Source: Candidatus Nanohaloarchaea archaeon
GTDB taxonomy: Archaea; Nanohalarchaeota; Nanosalinia; Nanosalinales; Nanosalinaceae
NCBI GenBank assembly: GCA_047617745.1
Contig: JBLGBN010000023.1
Location: 1 to 12,700, forward strand
Length of the DNA stretch: 12,700 bases
Direction of reading: 5' to 3'
The stretch's first letter is position 1, and each line of letters begins with the position of its first letter. The notes under the pieces are model-generated. The model made no database searches, was not told where the DNA came from, and was given only the letters and a program-made list of their open reading frames with translations. The translations under genes and the position numbers were made by a program. Of the stretch, positions 1 through 7,324 are shown in pieces.

Positions 1-1328
1 ATAGTTACACCACAGTTCTCCTGTTCAAGTTTGTTCATCTCCTGCGGTTTGTGTATATGTTTATCGGGTACATTCTCGAGTTCTGGAACCCATTTCCTGA
101 TGTATTCTCCTTCCGGATCGTATTTCTCTCCCTGCGTCCACGGATTGAATACGCGGAAGTACGGCTGTGCATCAGTTCCGATAGAGTATGCCCACTGGAT
201 CCCCCCGATCATTGATGAGAGTTCAGCGTCGACGAACATCCTCGAGAAGTAGTCGTGTAAATCGCGCCAGTCAAGCCACAGATCTTTACAAGCAAACGAA
301 GTTACAACCATTCTCAGCCGGTTGTGCATCCACCCTGTTTTCTTTAACTGCCGTATTCCTGCATCAACAAAGGGGTACCCTGTTCTGCCCTCGATAAATC
401 TCTCCCAGTCTTCGCCAGCCTCTTCTTTTGACCTCCATTCAATACTTCTAAACTGTTCCTGCAGGGCTTTTTTACGGGACTCTGGAAAGTTCCAGAGCAT
501 CTGGAAGTAGAAGTCACGCCACGCCAGCTCTTCCTGCCAGGTTTCAATCCCAGAGGTTTCGGAGTCAGAGTTCCGGGACTTGATTCTTTCAGCTGTCCAG
601 AAAGCCTCCCTGATCGAGACTGTTCCGAACTTTAGATGGGGTGAAAGCTTTGAGGTGGAGTCTTTCCATGCGTAGTCCCTGTTTTCATCATAGTTCCAGA
701 TCTTTTCCTTGAAATCCTCTAGTCTTTCCTTCCCGCCTTCTCTACCTGGTTTCCAGATCCATTCGAACTCTTCCGGCTCCGTGAAACCCAGTTCTTCTAC
801 AGAAGGAATTACGTCTGACTCGACTTCAGGGACGGAATAATCTTCTGGTTCAGACGGTCTCTTTTTCTCGCGGTCGAACCATTTCTTCTTGTAATATGTG
901 TAGACCTGGTAGGGGTCACCGGAGTTAGTCAGGATCTCCTCTTTCTCGAACATCACTATATCCTTGAAGCTTTCAACCTCGATATCCAGATTTCTGACCT
1001 CTTGATCTCTTTCCCGCGAGTAAGGCGAGTAATCCCTATTAAAGTATATTTTATCAGCAGAGGTTTCTTCTACTATCCTTTCCAGTTCCCCGACCGGCTT
1101 GCCTTTCCGAACGACTATATCCTTATCTTTATCCTGCAACTTATCCTTAAGCTCTCTCAGAGATTCGTTCCAGAACTTAACCCTTGGATAACCTAACTCA
1201 GTTTCTTCGAAATACTCTTCATCAACTACATAGAAAGGTATTACTTCATCATGGTCCCGGGAAGCCTCCACTAGAGCCGTGTTATCGTACTCTCTTAGAG
1301 ATCTTCTGATCCAGACGATAGCAGTCAT
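1..1328 (-). CDS. phr: Deoxyribodipyrimidine photolyase (class I CPD photolyase-like), 3' end outside the window
   Basis: Hand translation from ATG at 1328 gives an open frame to the window edge. Motifs: MTAIVWIRRSLREYDNTAL, NRDYSPYSRERD, PYQVYTYY, TSKLSPHLKFGTVSIRE, WQEELAWRDFY, GRTGYPFVDAGIRQLKKTGWMHNRLRM, GTDAQPYFRVFNP, YDPEGEYIRKWVPEL. Probably absent from the ORF track because no stop lies inside the window. Confidence 0.96.
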   Translation of the reverse strand, partial: MTAIVWIRRSLREYDNTALVEASRDHDEVIPFYVVDEEYFEETELGYPRVKFWNESLRELKDKLQDKDKDIVVRKGKPVGELERIVEETSADKIYFNRDYSPYSRERDQEVRNLDIEVESFKDIVMFEKEEILTNSGDPYQVYTYYKKKWFDREKKRPSEPEDYSVPEVESDVIPSVEELGFTEPEEFEWIWKPGREGGKERLEDFKEKIWNYDENRDYAWKDSTSKLSPHLKFGTVSIREAFWTAERIKSRNSDSETSGIETWQEELAWRDFYFQMLWNFPESRKKALQEQFRSIEWRSKEEAGEDWERFIEGRTGYPFVDAGIRQLKKTGWMHNRLRMVVTSFACKDLWLDWRDLHDYFSRMFVDAELSSMIGGIQWAYSIGTDAQPYFRVFNPWTQGEKYDPEGEYIRKWVPELENVPDKHIHKPQEMNKLEQENCGVT

Positions 1329-1359
1329 ACAAGTTAATATTCAGGCAGCTTGAAGTGAG

Positions 1360-1659
1360 TTAGTCTCCTCCCACGTATAGGAAGTCAGAATCGTTATCCT
1401 CACCAGTTAGATCGGAATACCTTATGCTTTCACTGGCCTCCGAAATCCCTGTCCTATAACCTTCTAGAAAGCTGTCCGGCAAGTATTCCTCAGTCAGGCT
1501 TATCTCCTTTCCAAGTGTCTGGGAATATATACTGTACTCGATTCTATCCTGGCCAGAAACAATTCGATCAACATCTGCAGAAGTCTTATCTTGAGATTCC
1601 AGTCTACCCATAATTTCGCCGACCTTTCTCAAGGGGTTAACCGATTCTACAGTTTCCAT
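1360..1659 (-). CDS. Hypothetical acidic protein, 99 aa
   Basis: ATG-started ORF that fills the gap between trkA and the photolyase in the same orientation. D/E-rich like its neighbours. TATA-like TATTTAAG on the minus strand about 25 bp upstream of the ATG. No family recognised. Confidence 0.7.
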   Translation of the reverse strand: METVESVNPLRKVGEIMGRLESQDKTSADVDRIVSGQDRIEYSIYSQTLGKEISLTEEYLPDSFLEGYRTGISEASESIRYSDLTGEDNDSDFLYVGGD

Positions 1660-1692
1660 AGGCGGAAAGCGGATACAAAATCTTAAATATAG

Positions 1693-2352
1693 TTACTGTT
1701 TCTGGAAGTAGCTGTCCAGTTTCTTCTTCTTGTCCTCGGGGCCAATCAAGATCAGCTCATCGCCTTCGTCCAGCTGTATGTTGATGTCTTCAGAAATCGT
1801 CTTATCGCCCTGAATGACCGTGACTATCTTGAACCTGTCAGGGAAGGATTTGTCGTCCTGAATCTCCTTAGCTGTCCTCTCTGCGAGCGAGGAATCCTCC
1901 TCCAGCTTCGCTTTCAGGATCTCTCTCCCATCTGAAATATTTGCTAGCTTAACTAGATAAGGGTGCTCTACCGTGCTCAGAAACTCGGAAAGCAGTAGGT
2001 CTGTATGCGCTACCGTTTCAGCGCCTATAATGTCAAACGCCTCAAGATATTCGTCGTCTTCTACCCTTGTAATAACCTTTGGCACGCCGTATTTCTTTGA
2101 AAGCGAGCACACGACCATATTCTCGTTGTCATCGGCTAATGCGGATATAACGACATCTGCCTCGTTTATTCCTGCGTCTTCCAGTGCTGTAATAGTCCCA
2201 GGCGACTTGTTGACAACTGTTGCCCCGGAAGAAGCGTACAGTCTTTCGCATTTGTCTTCATCCTCGTCTATCACCACTATATCATGTCTGTCCTCCAGTG
2301 ACTTGACGAGTTTCCTTCCTATTGTGGTTATCCCTGCTACAACTATGTACAT
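1693..2352 (-). CDS. trkA: TrkA/KtrA-type K+ uptake regulatory subunit (single RCK_N + RCK_C), 219 aa
   Basis: MYIVVAGITTIG...HDIVVIDEDE...LEDAGINEADVVISALADDNEN...VPKVITRV and C-terminal LDEGDELILIG. Start placed at ATG 2352, 1 nt after the trkH stop, rather than the track's 2409. Confidence 0.93.
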   Translation of the reverse strand: MYIVVAGITTIGRKLVKSLEDRHDIVVIDEDEDKCERLYASSGATVVNKSPGTITALEDAGINEADVVISALADDNENMVVCSLSKKYGVPKVITRVEDDEYLEAFDIIGAETVAHTDLLLSEFLSTVEHPYLVKLANISDGREILKAKLEEDSSLAERTAKEIQDDKSFPDRFKIVTVIQGDKTISEDINIQLDEGDELILIGPEDKKKKLDSYFQKQ

Positions 2353-2353
2353 A

Positions 2354-3784
2354 TTAGGAGTTTTTGAAAAGCTCCGTATTAAAAATTGCGAGAACGGGGA
2401 GCATCTCAAGTCTTCCTGCCAGCATAACTATAAGCCAGATGAACTTGGTAACCGGATTTAGCGTGATAAGGTCGTTATGCATGTACACAGGACCCATATT
2501 GCCGGCCGCCGATATCGTCCCTGAAAGCGCGGGCATCAGAGCCGTATCCTCTATAACCAGTACAAGCATCGTTGTCAGGAAGATTACAGAAACCCATGTG
2601 AAGAAAAGTACAGATATAGTACGGACCGCCGAGTTATCTAGAAGCTCGCCGTCTATCTTCACCTCGTTTATAGCAGACTCGGGCAGACTATAGGCCCTCA
2701 ATCTTGTCTTGAGAAGCTCTATCATGGTTTTTAACCGGAACACTTTCCAGCCACCAGCGGTGGAACCGAGCGAACCTCCGACAAACATCAGCCCGAGAAA
2801 TACTACCTGTAGAAGTATGGAGAGAGACATTATGCTTGTCGTGGAGTAGCCTGTCGAGGAAAGAACTGAAGCCGACTGGAAGAAACCATCAATAAGAGAG
2901 CCCTGTAGACCTGACCCTCCTAGAATAAGCTCCAGAGACATCATCCCTCCAATCAGGAAGAATATAAGGCTGTAAAGCCGGAATTCGGAGTTCTTCAGGA
3001 TAGGTCTGTAATCCGATCTCATTAATCGGTACAGGAGCACGAAGTTTACACCGCCGAGGAACATTAGAACTATCGTTGTTATCTGTATAGAACTGCTGTA
3101 AGCTGCCAGACTCGCTGACTGGGTTGAAAACCCTCCTGTTGAAATCCCTGAGAATGCATGCAGGATAGAGTCGAAGATGGGCATACCCATACCTACGTAA
3201 GCAGCAGCGAAAATAACTGTCAGAAACCCGTAAACCCTCCAAAGATCTATAATCGATTTTTCAAGTGAAGGCCTTATTGAACCAGAATCAGTTTTGTGGG
3301 CCTCTGCCGAATAAAGTCTTCTAGCTACACCCCCTGACTCTCTAATAACAGCGATGAAGAATGTCAGGATGCCAAGGCCGCCGATCCACTGCATGAATGA
3401 ACGCCAGAAAAGCATAGATTTGGACAGAGCCTCAGGTTCCGCAAACATTGAGATACCTGTAGTTGTGAGACCGGCTGAGGCCTCGAAAAGCGCGTCAATT
3501 ATACTTATATCGAATACCAGGAAAGGTATCGCACCGAAACATATCGCCAGAAACCACCCCAGAACCGTCGAATACATAGCCTCCCGAACACTTGGAGATT
3601 CCCTGACGCCGATCCTTTCCAGTGTAGCACCCATCGCCACACAGACGACTGCGGAAAACACGAAACCTGACAACATGAAGTAGCTCTCCCCGTAGTAAAG
3701 CCCTACGAAAACCGGAGCGACCAGGAGAAACCCGAATATCTGCAGGAAACTGCCAATTAACTGGAATGAAACCCGGTTCCTCAT
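2354..3784 (-). CDS. trkH: TrkH-family K+ uptake membrane protein
   Basis: Multi-TM protein with four pore-loop glycine motifs (LTTTGIS, ISTGGFS, LSSTGYS, AGNMGP), plus WRSFMQWIGGLGI, GSTAGGWK and GRLE. Confidence 0.96.
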   Translation of the reverse strand: MRNRVSFQLIGSFLQIFGFLLVAPVFVGLYYGESYFMLSGFVFSAVVCVAMGATLERIGVRESPSVREAMYSTVLGWFLAICFGAIPFLVFDISIIDALFEASAGLTTTGISMFAEPEALSKSMLFWRSFMQWIGGLGILTFFIAVIRESGGVARRLYSAEAHKTDSGSIRPSLEKSIIDLWRVYGFLTVIFAAAYVGMGMPIFDSILHAFSGISTGGFSTQSASLAAYSSSIQITTIVLMFLGGVNFVLLYRLMRSDYRPILKNSEFRLYSLIFFLIGGMMSLELILGGSGLQGSLIDGFFQSASVLSSTGYSTTSIMSLSILLQVVFLGLMFVGGSLGSTAGGWKVFRLKTMIELLKTRLRAYSLPESAINEVKIDGELLDNSAVRTISVLFFTWVSVIFLTTMLVLVIEDTALMPALSGTISAAGNMGPVYMHNDLITLNPVTKFIWLIVMLAGRLEMLPVLAIFNTELFKNS

Positions 3785-3806
3785 AAAGCTAGAATTGCCG
3801 GGGCTG

Positions 3807-3815
3807 AATAAAAAA
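3807..3815 (-). promoter_or_regulatory. Putative TATA-like box for a leaderless trkH transcript
   Basis: T-rich TTTTTATT on the minus strand ~23-31 bp upstream of the trkH ATG (3784). No SD sequence present. Confidence 0.4.
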
Positions 3816-3828
3816 TGTCGTAAGGGTT

Positions 3829-3844
3829 GAAATGGGTTTTAAAG
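3829..3844 (+). promoter_or_regulatory. BRE/TATA promoter of the rps6e operon
   Basis: GAAATGGG followed by TTTTAAAG (3837-3844). Predicts a transcription start near 3866. Confidence 0.6.
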
Positions 3845-3906
3845 CTTATCTACTAATTTCAGATTGCTCGGGACCCATTCCACAAATTAAAAGGAAACTG
3901 GGAACT

Positions 3907-3913
3907 GAGGTGA
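3907..3913 (+). promoter_or_regulatory. Shine-Dalgarno GAGGTGA of rps6e
   Basis: Matches the archaeal SD consensus, 8 nt before ATG 3922. The same motif lies at 4573-4579 before eIF2gamma. Confidence 0.8.
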
Positions 3914-3921
3914 ACTAAATT

Positions 3922-4287
3922 ATGAAAATTACAGTTGGAAACGACGGCGAAACACACCAGATCGAAACCGAAGAACCAGCACAGATTTACGGAAAGCAGA
4001 TAGGAGAAGAGTTCGATGGAGGAATCATCGGACTTGAAGGATACACTCTGAAAATTACAGGAGGAACCGACAGACAGGGCTTCCCGATGAGGAAATCCAT
4101 TGAGGGAGCTGAAAGGAAGAAAGTTCTGCTTGAGGGCGGCGCCGGAATTCAGGAAGATGAAGAAGGCGTTAGAAGAAGAAAATCTGTCCGGGGAAACACT
4201 GTCAGCGGAGAGATCGAACAGCTTAACACAAAGGTAGTAGAAGAAGGTTCCAAATCGATCGAAGACATACTGAGCGAAGAAGAGTGA
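3922..4287 (+). CDS. rps6e: 30S ribosomal protein S6e (eS6)
   Basis: GKQIGEEFDG...GYTLKITGGTDRQGFPMR...GVRRRKSVRGNTVSGEIEQLNTKV. Typical position upstream of eIF2gamma. Confidence 0.97.
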   Translation: MKITVGNDGETHQIETEEPAQIYGKQIGEEFDGGIIGLEGYTLKITGGTDRQGFPMRKSIEGAERKKVLLEGGAGIQEDEEGVRRRKSVRGNTVSGEIEQLNTKVVEEGSKSIEDILSEEE

Positions 4288-4592
4288 TGGGCGTAGTCAC
4301 TGAACATTACCTAGAAAGCTTCGCAGAGAAATCCCGGGACTTTAACAGTATCTGGAACCAGTCTCCCGTCAAGGACGCTCTAGAGAGAACTTACAGCTTC
4401 GACTATCCTGAGGGAGAACTAGTAGAGATCGAAGGCAGCGATGAAACATACGAGATAACCGGAAGAAAACCAGTTTATTCAGTTATATTTGACGAAGATG
4501 TTTATACAGCTGACAGGCTCTGGGAAGATCATGACGGAAACCTCCAGAGAGCGCATGATGAGAAAACCATAAGAGGTGACAAAATACAATGA
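4287..4592 (+). CDS. Hypothetical acidic protein (~101 aa; start ATG 4287 or GTG 4284)
   Basis: Overlaps the rps6e stop (GTGATG) and the eIF2gamma start (ATGA). Acidic composition and host-like purine-rich codons. No family recognised. Confidence 0.75.
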   Translation: MGVVTEHYLESFAEKSRDFNSIWNQSPVKDALERTYSFDYPEGELVEIEGSDETYEITGRKPVYSVIFDEDVYTADRLWEDHDGNLQRAHDEKTIRGDKIQ

Positions 4593-5773
4593 GCGAAGTA
4601 CCAGAAGTAAATATCGGACTGGTCGGACACGTCGACCACGGAAAGACAACTCTAACCAACGCACTCTCAGGGAAGTGGACGGATGAACACTCCGAAGAGT
4701 TGAAGAAAGGGATTACAATCAAGCTCGGTTACGCCGACGTTTCTTACTACAAGGACGAGGATGGTTTCAACGTCGACGGGGATGGAGACCATGTCAGAAC
4801 GCTGTCACTTGTAGATGCTCCAGGCCACGAAACACTGATGGCAAACGTTCTATCAGGAGCAGCCATCATGGACGGCGCAATCCTGCTGGTCGCAGCGGAC
4901 GAAGAAGTTCCACAGCCACAAACCCGTGAACACCTCGCAGCGCTCGATATAATCGGAATTGAAAACATTGTAGTCGTTCAGAACAAGATCGACAAAGTTT
5001 CGAAAGAAAAAGCCAAGGAGAATTACCAGCAGATCAAAGAATTTCTGAAAGGAAGCGTGGCAGAGGACGCACCAATAGTACCTATCTCTGCACAGCAGGA
5101 GGTTAACATAGACGCACTTCTGGAGACAATCGACGAGGAAATTCCTACACCTGACAGAGATCTTGAATCAGATCCGAAAATGCTTGTAGCACGATCTTTC
5201 GACATCAACAAGCCAGGAACAGAGATCGACGAGATTAAAGGCAGCGTTGTCGGAGGAAGCCTCACAAAAGGAAAACTTGAGGAAGGAGAGGAAATCGAAA
5301 TCCGGCCCGGTATCAGAGTCGATGGAAAATGGAAGAGTGTAACGACAGAGGTCGAAACAATCCTCCACGGCGGAAAACCTGTCGACGAAGGAACACCTGG
5401 AGGGCTTCTCGCAGTTGAGACATCTCTAGACCCATCACTTTCCAAGTCGGACGGTCTCGCAGGAAACGTCCTAGGGAAGAAAGGAAAGCTTCCAGAGACA
5501 GCAGACAAAGTAGAGATCGACGTAGAACTTATGGAAGAACTTGCAGGATCAGAAGGTAAAGAGGAGATCGAGAATATCAAAAAAGGCGAACCTCTGATGA
5601 TCAACGTCGGAACCGGTAAATCAGCCGGAGCAGTAACAGGACTGGGAAAAACTGTTGAAATCGACCTCAAAATGCCGATCTGCGCAGAGGAAGGAGATCG
5701 AGTAGCGGTTTCCCGGCAGATAGGCTCTCGCTGGCGGCTTATCGGTCACGGCAGGATTGTTTCAACCAGTTGA
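4589..5773 (+). CDS. eif2g: Translation initiation factor 2 gamma subunit (aIF2gamma)
   Basis: NIGLVGHVDHGKTT, GITIKLGYAD, DAPGHE, QPQTREH, QNKID, PISA, RSFDINKPG and SRQIGSRWRLIGHG. Confidence 0.98.
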   Translation: MSEVPEVNIGLVGHVDHGKTTLTNALSGKWTDEHSEELKKGITIKLGYADVSYYKDEDGFNVDGDGDHVRTLSLVDAPGHETLMANVLSGAAIMDGAILLVAADEEVPQPQTREHLAALDIIGIENIVVVQNKIDKVSKEKAKENYQQIKEFLKGSVAEDAPIVPISAQQEVNIDALLETIDEEIPTPDRDLESDPKMLVARSFDINKPGTEIDEIKGSVVGGSLTKGKLEEGEEIEIRPGIRVDGKWKSVTTEVETILHGGKPVDEGTPGGLLAVETSLDPSLSKSDGLAGNVLGKKGKLPETADKVEIDVELMEELAGSEGKEEIENIKKGEPLMINVGTGKSAGAVTGLGKTVEIDLKMPICAEEGDRVAVSRQIGSRWRLIGHGRIVSTS

Positions 5774-5785
5774 ACCCACGCATGC

Positions 5786-5824
5786 TTTTAAACCGAGGAT
5801 TCAAATTGGAACAATACGGAGGGG
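5786..5824 (+). promoter_or_regulatory. TATA box (TTTTAAA, 5786-5792) and SD (GGAGGGG, 5818-5824) for the MscS/ATP-grasp operon
   Basis: Motifs read directly in the 56-bp gap after eIF2gamma, with spacing suited to a short-leader transcript and ATG 5830. Confidence 0.6.
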
Positions 5825-5829
5825 AATAA

Positions 5830-7320
5830 ATGGTACTTGACCTAATCAGCACAGGCGATCCGCTTGTGCGAGCCGGCCTAGCTCTTCTCATACTTGTTTT
5901 CGGACACCTAGGAGTGAAGGCTTCAAACGTTCTTGCAAGAAGATTCTGGAAGAAGAGAAGCGACAAACTTACCCAGCAGGATTTAAAGGAGAGAAATGAG
6001 GCGCTGAAATACTTCTCATACGCACTTGATTCAGCCATAATTATAATAGCACTTCTCTACCTCAACACCGGTATAAACACAGGTGTAATCGACTCGCTGA
6101 TCCAGTTTGTACCACAGATGATTTCAGCAATCCTAGTAGTGATCCTCGGTTTTCTCGCGATCAACATCACGACAAAGGCTGGAGCGGACTTCATGAAGAC
6201 CATAGGAGTTCACACGTACTTCAGGGAGATAGGGCTTTCACAAAGCGCTCTCAGGCTCTTCGCAGGTATTCTGAAGGCATTCCTGTACCTACTGCTGGTT
6301 CAGATATTCCTCACACAGCTGGGAATAGGAAGCGCTTTCGTGGACGAGCTTGTAAGGGCGTCTTCCTGGGCAGCAGCTTTCCTGATTGCAGGTCTGCTGT
6401 TCTACGGCTTCAAAGATCTCTTCCAGAACTACGCAGCCGGAATATACCTCAAGAACTCCCGTGTAGCTAAACCGGGCGAAGAAATTGATATGGATGGAGA
6501 AAGAGCCGAGATAAGGAACGTATCACTTTTCAGCACGATAACAAACACCGAATCCGGCAGAACAGTTCTCTCACCCAACATAAAGCTGATGAACTCGAAC
6601 CTGTCAGTGAAGAGAACCAAGAGCGATATTGAAACACTGGAAGACATAAAAGACCACTTCATAGCAGAGAAAAAGGAACTAGCAGGAGCCGCATCAATTG
6701 CAATGGCCCTGGAAATATTCGGCTACCGCGCCGAACAGGAAGAAATAGACGAGAAAACAGAAGACACCTCCCCAGAGGAGATCGAGAAAGCAGTCAAAGA
6801 CATCACCAACGGAAACGTGAAGACAGGGTTTGTAGAGCATGAAAAAATAACTGATATCGGATCCGAACTCAAAACCTGGTTCAACGACGGCGGCCTGGTC
6901 CTTGCCAGGATAGACAAAGAAAAACTATTCACAGAAACCGAGATAGAACAACAGGTTCTCTGTGTAGGAGTTGAAGGGAACGAAGTACTGGTGGTTGATC
7001 CAGGAGCAAGAAGAGGAGGCGTATACTATATAGATAAAGAAAGGCTTCTGGAAGCTATCGAGGACACAGAAAAGCCAGGTTACACTGTCATCGCGCCTGA
7101 AGGCACCACAGCATTCTGGAGGATCAAGAATAATCTGCTTTATTCAGATAAAAGCTATTACGAGGAACTCTCCAAAACCCTTGAATCCCGGCTTACACGG
7201 ATAATGAGACAGGGACGTATTCTGAAGGAGAGTATGCCATCTTCCGTCTCCAACTACATGGATAAATGGAGAAAAGAAGGGGACGTCGCAAGGCTCTGGT
7301 CGCCGGAAGACGAGGAGTGA
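5830..7320 (+). CDS. MscS-like membrane protein fused to a C-terminal inactive peptidase C39-like domain
   Basis: About 5 hydrophobic helices, then the MscS TM3/beta-domain pattern (YGFKDLFQNYAAGIYL...KPGEEIDMDGERAEIRNVSLFST...GRTVLSPN). The C-terminal half follows the C39 pattern (AGAASIAMALEIFG..EQEEI...VLCVGVEGNEVLVVDPG) without catalytic Cys/His. Confidence 0.8.
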   Translation: MVLDLISTGDPLVRAGLALLILVFGHLGVKASNVLARRFWKKRSDKLTQQDLKERNEALKYFSYALDSAIIIIALLYLNTGINTGVIDSLIQFVPQMISAILVVILGFLAINITTKAGADFMKTIGVHTYFREIGLSQSALRLFAGILKAFLYLLLVQIFLTQLGIGSAFVDELVRASSWAAAFLIAGLLFYGFKDLFQNYAAGIYLKNSRVAKPGEEIDMDGERAEIRNVSLFSTITNTESGRTVLSPNIKLMNSNLSVKRTKSDIETLEDIKDHFIAEKKELAGAASIAMALEIFGYRAEQEEIDEKTEDTSPEEIEKAVKDITNGNVKTGFVEHEKITDIGSELKTWFNDGGLVLARIDKEKLFTETEIEQQVLCVGVEGNEVLVVDPGARRGGVYYIDKERLLEAIEDTEKPGYTVIAPEGTTAFWRIKNNLLYSDKSYYEELSKTLESRLTRIMRQGRILKESMPSSVSNYMDKWRKEGDVARLWSPEDEE

Positions 7321-7324
7321 TACT

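Noticed and set aside
31..1196. Short track ORFs at 31-252, 188-397, 322-510, 344-547 and 1002-1196
   Set aside because: They are antisense or off-frame shadows of the continuous photolyase frame.
1973..3683. ORFs overlapping trkA/trkH (1973-2461, 2364-2693, 2889-3242, 3354-3683)
   Set aside because: Shadow ORFs with no motifs, lying over well-supported genes.
3867..3913. Canonical kink-turn or C/D box in the rps6e leader (CTGA present)
   Set aside because: No box C, and the bulge and tandem GA geometry do not fit cleanly. Only the hairpin is reported.
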